Shown: positions 40,352 through 50,922 of the stretch, one piece after another
Position numbering within the stretch: the stretch's first letter is position 1
Layout: every line of letters begins with the position of its first letter
Source of the DNA: Eledone cirrhosa
Taxonomy: Eukaryota
DNA: 64,000 bases
Direction: 5' to 3'
NCBI GenBank assembly: GCA_964016885.1
Contig: OZ024741.1
Span: forward strand, 170,190,001 to 170,254,000
The notes under the pieces: model-generated
Told to the model about the DNA's origin: nothing
The model's database searches: none
Seen by the model: only the letters and a program-made list of their open reading frames with translations
Position numbers and translations under genes: made by a program

Positions 40352-40360
<9 letters not shown>
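40167..40360 (-). ncRNA. Putative HDV-like self-cleaving ribozyme spanning the 28S/R2 junction
   Basis: P1 is 28S-derived (GA)CTCTCTT with AAGAGAG(CT); P2 is GGCACCA (40348-40342) with TGGTGCC (40173-40167); P3 is CCC/GGG with the 7-nt loop TTGGCGT; J4/2 CTAA precedes the P2 3' strand; the P4 region is long. Confidence 0.65.
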
Positions 40361-40390
<30 letters not shown>

Positions 40391-40406
40391 GTTGAATTTC
40401 TTCACT

Positions 40407-40438
<32 letters not shown>

Positions 40439-42442
40439 CGCGTCTATGCGGCTCGGCCGGCTACGCGATGCTCTGTTTTAATTAGACAGTCGGATTCCCC
40501 CGGTCCGTACCAGTTCCGTGTTGACCGTTCGCCGCCAGCCGAACGCCTGCCGCGCGTCTCGGCAACCGCCCTCCTCCTCGCGAACAAGAAAGAAAGGAAG
40601 CTAACCGACGCGCCAACGAGCCCGAAGTCGTGTCGCTCCGCGGTGTCCCGGGCGTGGAGCCGTGTTGTTCGCGCCCACTACGCATCGAACGTCGCAAAAA
40701 GCAACCGACCGAAACGCCTCTCCAAGCCACCCGTTTTTGTTTCCGACCGACAAAAACGAAGAAAACGAAGAAAAAAAGACGACGACGACGCGCGAGCCGC
40801 CGGCACTGCGATGAACAGTAAAGGAAAGAGAAAAAAAAACCGAAAGAACAAAACAAAAGCGAGCAGAAAAACGAAAAAAAAAACAAACCGCCCTTGCGAG
40901 CGACAAGCCTCTCCCTCCGTCTACTGCTACGCCTTCATCCCTCCTCCGCGGTAATCTTTCAACAAACCCCGTCCGCCTCCGCGCGACCAACCCGCAGCCG
41001 CCGCCGCCTTCTTCCTCTCTCTCCTCGCCGCCAACCGAAAGAAGGGCAAGGAAAAACGAAACGAACGCAAACGAAACGGGCGCAAATCGACCACCCGACC
41101 GACGCTCGAACGTCGAGTCCGACGCCAACGCTACAGCCCCGTACCGGTTCACCGCTTCGCGTACAGACGTGCCGCGCGACCGATCCCGAGTTTTTGGAAA
41201 AAAACAACAAGACGGCCGACAGGCCGACACACACACGGCCCGACCGACCCGGTCCTCGGAGCCAATCCTTCTTCCGAAGGTACGGATCCATTTTGCCGAC
41301 TTCCCTTACCTACATTGGCGCTATCGACGAGAGGCTGTACACCTTGGAGACCTGCTGCGGATGGTGGGTACGGACCGACTCGAGAGCTGCGAATCGTTAC
41401 GGACCCGGATTTTCCAGGGCCGCCGAGAGCGCAACGGACGCCGCCCGAGACGCGGCGCTCTACAGGTACCATATCCGTATCTCCGGACGAGCCGATTCCA
41501 CGGACGCGGTCCTTTACGAAGAAGAGAGAACTCTTCCCGGGGCTCCCGGCAACGTCTCCGGGCTCGCTTGCGTTGCCGCTGCTTCGCCCGACCGCCGGCT
41601 TCGATGACGCGACGACGCGTTAAATCCCACCGACGGACGAGCACTCTCCGAGTTCGGGTTCGGGAATATTAACCCGATTCCCTTTCGATGCAAGGCCGGC
41701 CGTAACAAAAACAGAAGAAGCCAAAAAAAAAAAAAAAAAGGGTTTTTTTTCTTTTTTTTTTTTCCTCTTTCTCGACAACGGATCCGGCGCCTTTCGTACA
41801 AGCTTTCGCCCGCTTCTTAGGACCTACTGACCCGTGCTCGACCGCCGTTGGCACGGAACCCTTCTCCACTTCGGTCTTCGAAGGTCTCGTTCGAATATTT
41901 GCTACTACCACTGAGATCTGCACCCGCGGTCGGCTTCACCCGGGCTCACGCCCGCGGCTTCCGTGCACGCCGCGGCGCCCTCCTACTCGACCAGGCATCG
42001 AAGAAAGTTACGTCGTGTTACCTTTTTTCGCCTATCGCCTGGCCGGTCCGGCATCGGTCGCTCGCTCCAGCGCCATCCATTTTCGGGGCCGGTCGATTCG
42101 GCAGGTAAGTTGTTACACACTCCTGAGCGGATTCCGACTTCCGTGGCCACCGTCCTGCTGTCTATATCGACCGACACCCTTTCGGGGATCTAATGGGCGA
42201 AGCGTAGGGCACCTTAGCCGGACGTTCGGTTCATCCCACATCACCAGTTCTGCTTACCAAAAGTGGCCCACTTGGCACCGTGCCTTCGTCGCCGAAACGG
42301 CGGCCGCCTCCGATCGGGAGAGAGAGCGGCCCGTTTCGCCCGTTCCGAGTTCGAGAGTAGATCGAGGCCGTCAACGTCCCCGGGGCCTCCAGTCGTTCGC
42401 TTTACCGGACGGAATTGCGTGTCGTTCTGTCTGCTGCTGGCG

Positions 42443-42485
<43 letters not shown>

Positions 42486-43989
42486 CGGCTCGATTGGTCT
42501 TTCGCCCCTACACCCGGTTCCGACGATCGATTTGCACGTCAGAGGCGCTTCGGACTTCCACCAGAGTTTCCTCTGGCTTCGTCCCGACCGGGCGTGGATC
42601 GCCATCTTTCGGGTCCCCGGCCGCCTGCTACACCTGAGTCGGAGCGCGCCGCGCCGACGGCCCGAAAGCCGCCACGCGACGCGCACACCCGACCCGGGAA
42701 CGATGCTTCGAAACGCCTACGACGGCGCGGAAAAAAGTAGAAAAAAACAACAGCGACACCACCCGAAGGCCATGCCGCATGCCGTCAATTCAAACCAGCC
42801 CCTAACGCCGCCGTCGACGACGCGTCACGTTCTCGCTTTCACTTCGCCGTCGGAGTTCGTTAAATTCGATTTCTTTCGCTCCAACGACTCGCAACCGACT
42901 GGGACTCCTCGGTCCGTGTTTCAAGACGGGTCGGGTAGGTTGCCGATGCTCGTCGCAGACCTGCAGCAGCGGACGGCTCGCGATCCTCGTCCACCCAGCG
43001 ACCCGCTCCCTCCTGCTCCGCAAAGAGAGCAAAAGAGAAAAAGCAAACGGGGCGAGCGAACGAGGCGGCCGCTTTCTCGAAAGCCGATCGGAAATTTTAA
43101 AGGATATTTAAAAAAACCAACCTAAGCATATACGAACGGCGCTGCGGCTGATAAAGGAACACGCGCGTTTGTCCCGTCCCCGCCTGTTAGCCGTTCCTGG
43201 GACGATGAAAACCACCGCCGAGCGACGGGCCCGGTCGAGAGAAGCGCTGTTTTCGGAAACCCGCTTCGAAAGCGAACCGGGAACGGTTCGTTTTCTAGGC
43301 GGGACGCCGCTCTGCGACCTGCGGACACCGCGCGCCATCCAGCCTGACGGGAACGGGTCGCGACGACGGATCGAAGGGGAAGTGCGTCCGATGCCGGCAC
43401 CCCGCGAATCGTAACGCCGGCGAGGCGGTCGGCGGTCGACTCGTCGAAACGAGAGACCGCCGCCGACGCGATCGCCGACGACGACGGCGCCTTAAAACAG
43501 CAGCGGACTGAGTCCCCTCGCGATCGCGGTGAACGGTCCTACTCGTTTAACTCCTGGGCGGTTTCACGGTCTCTTGAACTCTCTCTCCAAAGTTCTTTTC
43601 AACTTTCCCTCGCGGTACTTGTCGGATATCGGACTCGTCCCGGTATTTAGCCTTGGATGGAGCTTACCACCCGCTTTGGGCTGCGTTCCCAAGCAACCCG
43701 ACTCTCGGGCCGAAGAAAGAGACACTGTCGATCGCCGCCGGCTCCGAATGGGCCTGGCACCCGCTTTGGGCAGCCCCGATCGAGGGGACTCCGAACCTAG
43801 CCGGGCGAAACGAACGACCGTGTACGACCCTTGCGCCACAGCTCTCGACGACCTGCTTGCGGACGACGAGATTCAGCGTTGGGCTCCTCCCAGTTCACTC
43901 GCCGTTACTAAGGGAATCCCGGTTGGTTTCTTTTCCTCCGCTTAGCGATATGCTTAAGTTCGGCGGGTAGTCGCGTCCGAGTCGAGGGC
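40352..43989 (-). rRNA. 28S: 28S rRNA gene, 5' part only (truncated at the R2 site)
   Basis: ACCCGCCGAACTTAAGCATATC, GACCCGTCTTGAAACACGGACC, AGCTGGTTCCCTCCGAAGTTTCCCTCAGGATAGC, CGAAAGGGAATCGGGTTAATATTCC and GTGATTTCTGCCCAGTGCTCTGAATGTC occur in the correct order with large expansion segments. Confidence 0.97.
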
Positions 43990-44599
43990 AGCTATTCGCA
44001 TACGCCGAATACGCTGAATACGAAGAACGACGAGGACGGTAAGAAGAAGAAGGCGGCATTGATAAAGAAGAGGTTGGCGGCGGGCGCCAAGGCGGAATGT
44101 GGAAAAAAACGAGAGAAATGGGAAAAAAAGAAGCGGCATCGAAATCGTTTCTCGTCGGCCGACACGAACGCTTTGTGTTTTTGGCGACTCGCAGAGCGAA
44201 CGCCGGCCGACGAACAACGACCGCGCCTGTGTTACTGCGTTTCTTTTTACCCTTCTCGTCTTCCCTTCTTCTAAATCTTTCTCCTCTTTCCGTGCTGCGA
44301 CGATCTCCGAAGCGAACGACGAGAAATAAAGAAAAATAACGACGAAAAGTGTTAGTTCTTATTTCAATACGGGAGACGGAGCGTTCCGCGAGCGACGACT
44401 CTCGCTTCTTCTGCGACTCCCGACTTCCCGCTGTTACCATGGCGCAAAAGAGAAGAGTAAAAGAAAAGAAACTGCGCTTCGCTAAGGCGGGCAGCGGCGG
44501 CAGCAGCGCAAAAGGCGGCGGATGCGTTTCTCTCTTTCATCTCTCACTCTCGTGAGCGGGCGGCGCATGGCGAAACAGCAGACATCGCGATTGTATCGT
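43990..44599 (-). other. ITS2
   Basis: Lies between 5.8S and 28S. Confidence 0.9.
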
Positions 44600-44762
44600 G
44601 ACCGCCTCTCGACCGGACGGGGCCCCGGGACGATGGAATCCCGGGGCCGCAATGTGCGTTCGAGGTGTCGATGTTCACTGAGTCCTGCAATTCGCATCAG
44701 TTCACGCGGATAGCCGCGCTCTTCATCGACGGACGAGCCGAGTGATCCCTCGTCCAGGGTTT
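44600..44762 (-). rRNA. 5.8S: 5.8S rRNA gene
   Basis: GGATCACTCGGCTCGTCCGTCGATGAAGAGCGCGGC, GAATTGCAGGAC and CGAACGCACATTGCGGC. Confidence 0.95.
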
Positions 44763-45309
44763 TGTCAATTTTTAAACGAAAACGAAAACGAAAAAAAAAA
44801 AACACGGTAAAATGAACGCGAACGCATAGAAACAACCAACGGTAGACGATGGCGGAGGACGGCGGCGACGACAGCGACGTTATTCACGGGAGGTTTTCAC
44901 GTTCGCTGCTCGCTGCGGTTTGTCTGCTGCTGGCTGCTTTGCTGCTTCCGCGGGCGAGGTGAGAGGAGGAGGAGGAGGAGAAAAATAAGAAGCGCACGTC
45001 GAAAAAAATACGTTCTTTCGGATACGAAATCGAACGATGCGCAAATGTTATCAGCCGAGCGCCGTGCCGGCGCCGGCAAAAGAAAAAAAAAATAACGGTA
45101 GGAGCGGTTTAGGCGGCTGTAGACGCGCAGTAAGCGATATTGGCGGCGATTTCGCAAACGGCGCTCGCTCCATTTAACGGGTTACGCCGGCTGCTAGGCG
45201 TCTTCAGATGACGAACCCGACCGTTGTTGTTGTCGTGATCACCGAATAACGAAAATAAGGCGGCTTTCGTTTTGGCGGCAGAGTCGGCAATTAACGATAA
45301 TATACGCGG
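44763..45309 (-). other. ITS1
   Basis: Lies between the 18S 3' end (GGATCATTA) and 5.8S. Confidence 0.9.
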
Positions 45310-45367
<58 letters not shown>

Positions 45368-45510
45368 AGCGATCGGGTTCGGTCGTCTTCTCCGGGCCAT
45401 CAGAGAGCGCACCGACGACGGCAACGAACCGACCTGACGGCCGAATCGAAACGCCGCCGCACGGCCTGCGAACTCGTGGGCCAGATCCGAGGACCTCACC
45501 GGACCGTTCG

Positions 45511-45553
<43 letters not shown>

Positions 45554-47106
45554 GATCGACGCGGGCTGATGACCCGCGCCTACCGGGAATTCCTCGTTCA
45601 CGGGGTTGGTTCCAGGCCCCGATCCCTATCACGGGAGGTGGTTCAGAGGTTTCCCGACCCTCTCGGGCCGGGGAGTGGCGCCCGCTGATACCTCCAGTGT
45701 AGCGCGCGTGCGGCCCCGGACATCTAAGGGCATCACAGACCTGTTATCGCTCCGCCTCGTGCGGCTTTCTGCCGCCCGTCCCTCTAAGAAGCGCTGCGTT
45801 CACCAACCGACTGGCCCGGACGCGACGACGTGCCGACGCCGGGGCTGTTCGCGCCGGTCCCCCCTCCCGAGCCCGATAAACCGACCGCCGCCTCCGCCAG
45901 GGCTGCCTTCATTCCTCCATTCCGCAAGCGAACTCGCGAAAGAAGAAGACGACGACGACGCGACGACGACGGCAACGGCAACGGAAGCCCGAGCTCGAAG
46001 AAAAAGGGAAAAAAACCGAACGCAGGACAGCTTACCGACGACGGCTTCGGCGCCGCCACGCTACCGGAAAAGCACTAATCGACGCGCTAGTTAGCAGGCC
46101 GGAGTCTCGTTCGTTATCGGAATCAACCAGACGGATCGCTCCACCAACTAAGAACGGCCATGCACGCAGAGCTCTGCGGCCCGACCGCGCACGCACCGGC
46201 GAATAGGGCCGGGAGTGCGAACGGACGACCGAAGTCGACGCGCGGCGCGCGAACGACAACGGCGCCGTCGCCCCGAACGCGCTGACGACGCAGCGCGCTT
46301 TCGAGACCCGAATTCCGACTACGAGCTTTTCAAACGCAACAATTTTAATATACGCTACCGGAGCTGGAATTACCGCGGCTGCTGGCACCAGACTTGCCCT
46401 CCGGTCGATCCTCGTTAACGGATTTGAAGTGTACTCATTCCGATCGCGGGGCCTCGACAGAGTCCCGCGTCGTTATTTTTCGTCACTACCTCCCCGTGCC
46501 GGGAGTGGGTAATTTGCGCGCCTGCTGCCTTCCTTGGATGTAGTAGCTGTTTCGCATGCTCCCTCTCCGGAATCGAACCCTGATTCCCCGTTACCCGTTG
46601 CCACCACGGTCGGCACTTACCGGGCCGTCGACAGAAGCGATTCTAAGCCCGTGCGATCGTACTGACAGTTATCCAGAGTCACCAAAGTCGAATTGATGCG
46701 CGACACCGCGCAACCGGCACGCAGCGAACTGCGAACGGCGCTGACGGCATCTAACGCGTCGTCGGTCTCAGTCTAATATTTGCGCCGCGACCAATGCGAA
46801 GGCCGACCGTGTCGACGCGATCTGTTGGGACCGCGCGGGAAGACGGACCGACCACAGCGATGGAACGCTGAGCGCGTTTGTAACCCGACTCCCGGGTGCG
46901 ACCTGCGATTGCGGCCTCAGTTGCATGTATTAGCTCTAGAATTGCCACAGTTATCCACTCTCCTCGCGGTGAGGAATACGGTCCCGAGGATTAGGTCCGG
47001 TTCCTGAGCCATTCGCGGTTTCACCATTCGTTTACGGCATGAACTTACACTTGCATGGCTTAAGCTTTGAGACAAGCATATGACTACTGGCAGGATCAAC
47101 CAGGTA
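45310..47106 (-). rRNA. 18S: 18S rRNA gene with a large internal deletion (non-functional copy)
   Basis: Starts TACCTGGTTGATCCTGCCAGTAGTC, has GTGCCAGCAGCCGCGGTAATTCC and GTACACACCGCCCGTC, and ends GAACCTGCGGAAGGATCATTA. The central conserved block is missing at 46165/46166. Confidence 0.95.
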
Positions 47107-49200
47107 TCTTCCGCACGAAATACAAAACGACGACCGAGAACAGAAGCGCATGGAGGTGGCTGCAGCGAATTTCATCTCGTCTCGTTGTAGGCGGAATGAG
47201 AAAACGTAACAGAAAAAAAAAATACGGAAATGTCGGCAACCGGTCCACGAGCCGGTGGAGGTAAGAAACGAAGAGAAAAGAAGAAGGACGCGGCGCTGCG
47301 CGTTTGGCGGCATTTACTCATCAGATCATCTCCACTCCCAGCGACGTCGTCGACAAAACGGGCGTATACGAAAACAAGTCGCCCGCCGGCTGCCGGCCAA
47401 TCGTTTAGTCTTCTTTCTCCTCCTCGGCGGCGGCGATGAAAGAAAAGAAAAGAAACAAACGAAAACGAGCTCGCAAGACGGTTTACAATCCGATGGCATC
47501 GCACGAAGCCGCTTTCGAAAGCGTTTCCCTGGGCGTAAGTGCGAGCTGAGGCGTCATGCAGGGGCGGCAGCAGCATGCGGCCTCGAAGAAGAGGAGAGAG
47601 ACAAGTAGGCGGCGCCCTCCGCTTTCGATTCAACAGCTGCTGTCGCCGTTACTGCTACGTAAAAAGAAATCGGTTCGACATGGCGACGGAATGCGGTCAA
47701 CGGAAGAGAGTTAGGAAGACGACGACGACGCGAAAAGCGCCGCCGCGTAACCTAACGGCTAGTTATGCCGGGGCAAACTTGGACGACGCCGACCCGATAA
47801 AAGGCAGCGGCGCAAGCAGGGACACCAGGACTTGATGCCAGTGTCCCTTCGGGAGGGACGACGCCGCTTTCTTTCATAGATATCGCGTCGCCGTTGGCAA
47901 AACGAGGGTAGCTACGGATATACCCAAGCCCGCCGCGGCAGTGGCGACGCAACGCGAGGTCAGCGGCATGACCTGACCGGGTTCACGACGAAAAGCCGAA
48001 ACCTTCGTCGCAGCAAGGAAGAGTGACGCGCGTCGTCGCCGTCGTAGATCGTCGTCAAACGCATTGCAGGGCATTTAGGCGTTGCTCCTACATTAAAATG
48101 ACGGCTATTACGACGGACGCGTACCTACTGCTGTGACGGAAAGGCGGCGGTTCGGAAGGCGGATAATCGTCGAGGCCGAGGGTCGGCGAGCGAACGAACG
48201 AACGAAAAAAAAAAAAAAGAGGTGAGGAGGAAGCGGCGAGGCGTTCGGCGAAAAGGTTTTTCAGACATTTTACGCCGACCGGGCGGGAAGGCGTTCGTTT
48301 TTTGGCGTCAACCGAGGAGTAATTTGCGTTGCTCCAGCGGTAACGAACGTCTTCGTCGCAGCAAGGAGGAGTGACGCGCGTCGTCGCCGTCGTAGATCGT
48401 CGTCAAACGCATTGCAGGGCATTTAGGCGTTGCTCCTACATGAAAATGACGGCTATTACGACGGACGCGTACCTACTGCTGTGACGGCGGAAAGGCGGTC
48501 GTTCGGAAGGCGGATAATCGTCGTGGCCGAGGGTCGGCGAGCGAGCGAGCGAGCGAACGAACGAAAAAAAAAAAGAGGCGAGGAGGAAGCGACGAGGCGT
48601 TCGGCGAAAAGGTTTTTCAGACATTTTACGCCGACCGGGCGACAAGGCGTTCGTTTTTTGGCGTCAACCGAGGAGTAATTTGCGTTGCTCCAGCGGTAAC
48701 GAACGTTTTCTATCGTGGGTCCGGTCGGGCGACGGCGGCGGTCTGAAAAGGCAATTCTTTTGCCGCGACGGAAGCGCAATCGAAAGGCGGATCACAAAAT
48801 GCGGCTAGCCGTCGAAAAGGATAAAAAAAAGAAAAAAGAATAGGCGAGGAAAAGGCGGCGCGAGGAGGTTCGGCGAAAAAGGCTTTCAGAACTTTTACGT
48901 CGCCCGGACGGGAAGGCGCTCGTTGTTGGCGTCAACCTAGGAGTAATTTGCGTTGCTCCAGCGGCAACGAACGTCTTCTATCGTGGGTCCGGTCGGGCGA
49001 CGGCGGCGGCGGCGGTCTGTAAAGGCAATAATTCGTCGATGGCGGCGTGTACGGGCTGTAACGTGAGGGCGGGTCGTGGACGAGGACGACATCGCATATA
49101 GGGTATCCGAACACGCCTAACCCGTAACCTACGCAGTAAACCGAAAGCTGCAACGGCTAGCACCCTTCCGTTCACTAAGCTCGTTCGACCGAGGTTACCC
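47107..49200 (-). other. 5' external transcribed spacer with ~350-bp tandem duplication (48003-48350, 48351-48706) and a partial third copy (48841-48975)
   Basis: Lies upstream of 18S and the repeats are directly visible. The start is inferred from the promoter-like motif. Confidence 0.75.
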
Positions 49201-49235
49201 TATATAATAGACAGGACCCCCTGGCCGTGCTGCAT
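49195..49235 (-). promoter_or_regulatory. Putative RNA polymerase I gene promoter / initiation site
   Basis: Minus strand GCAGCACGGCCAGGGGGTCCTGTCTATTATATAGGGTA. It is the most 18S-proximal of three identical blocks, and TATATAGGG matches initiation motifs known from other rDNAs. Not mapped experimentally. Confidence 0.6.
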
Positions 49236-49984
49236 CCTCCGGAATCGTTGCAAATCCCCCAAGGGCGATCCGCCCGCCACGGGTCGGCTGCGGAACCGCC
49301 TAGACGGCGGGTTGGCTTCGATCCCTCTGTCGATGCGGGACCTAGAATGGCTAGAGAGATAGAAGGCGGCGTGTCGTCGGCGAAGCTGCACCACTTCGCC
49401 GTTCGGGCGTCGTCGTCGGCTGGATTCCCCTGCAGCCACCGCGGGTCGGACGCGGCCGACTCGGCACGCATCAACGGCGGAACGTTTACCGGGTACGAGG
49501 CGGAAGGCGGAAGGCGTCGTGTCGCGTGTACACGCCGTCTTGCCGCATCTCTTTCCCGGCAGCTACTCGCAAAAGTACGGGTCGGCGGCGGAACCACCTA
49601 GCCGGCGGATTCGATTACTTTCCGCCGTCTACACGGGGCCTCCCCGAAGGAAGCTAGTTGGCGGCGTGTTGTCGTCGCGTCGATGACCAAGCTACTCCAC
49701 GCTGCCGTTCGGGCGTCGTCATCGGCGGCTGGATTCCCCTGCAGCCATACGGGTCGGAGGCGGCCAACTGGGCACGCCCCTTAAAGGCGGAACACGCATC
49801 GGAGGTGGAGGGCGGGCGTTAACGTGCAGGCGGGGCGGACGAGTTCTAGACGGCATGTCGTCGAGGCGGAGACATCCGTCATAGCATAGGGTAAGCCGGC
49901 ACGTACCCGTCTTGAAAACGGAATATTCACGACTCTCAACGGGTAGCACCCGGAATCGTTTTCTTCGAGCTCGTCCGATCAAGC

Positions 49985-50025
49985 CTACCCTATATAATAG
50001 ACAGGACCCCCTGGCCGTGCTGCAA
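49985..50025 (-). promoter_or_regulatory. Putative Pol I spacer promoter 1
   Basis: Identical ~38-bp block to 49196-49233. Confidence 0.55.
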
Positions 50026-50881
50026 AATCCCTACTCGGTGGTATTCCCCGCAGGCGTTTCGCAACCCTACGGGTCGGCGGCGGATCCGCCTCGCCGGCGG
50101 GTTGCGAACTTTCTCGCGATCGAAGCGAGAAGGCGTGAACGAATAAAGGAATGTTTGCCGGGTTCGAGGCGGAAGACGGAAGGCGTCGTGTCGCGTGGCG
50201 GAACTTCGCGTATACACGCCGTCTTGCCGCCTGTCTTTCCCGGCAGCTACTCGTAAAAGTACGGGTCGGCAGCGGAACCGCCTAGCCGGCGGATTGGATT
50301 TCTTTCCGCGATCGAAGCGTGAAGGCGTGGACGAATAAAGGAACGTTTGCCGGGTTCGAGGCGGAAGACGGAAGGCGTCGTGTCGCGTCGGGGAACTTCG
50401 CCTCGCTTCGCATATACACGCCGTCTTGCCGCCTGTCTTTCCCGGCAGCTACTCGTAAAAGTACGGGTCGGCGGCGGAACCGCCTAGCCGGCGGAATGGA
50501 TTTCTTTCCGCCGTCTACACGGGGCCTCCCCGAAGGAAGCAAGTTGGCGGCGTGTTGTCGTCGCATCGACCAAGCTACACCACGCCTCCGTCCGGCCGTC
50601 GTCATCGGCTGGATTCCCCTGCAGCCACACGGGTCGGAGGCGGCCAACTTGGCACGCCTTAACGGCGGAAACACGCATCGGAGGCGGATACGGAGCGGAG
50701 GCGGAGGGCGGGCGTTAACGTGCAGGCGGGGCAGACGAGTTCTAGACGGCATGTCATCGAGGCGGAGACATCCGACATAGCATAGGGTAAGCCGGCACGT
50801 ACCCGTCTTGAAAACGGAATATTCACGACTCTCAACGGGTAGCACCGGGAATCGTTTTCTTCGAGCTCGTCCGATCAAGCC

Positions 50882-50922
50882 TACCCTATATAATAGACAG
50901 GACCCCCTGGCCGTGCTGCAAA
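50882..50922 (-). promoter_or_regulatory. Putative Pol I spacer promoter 2
   Basis: Identical block 897 bp further upstream. Confidence 0.55.
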
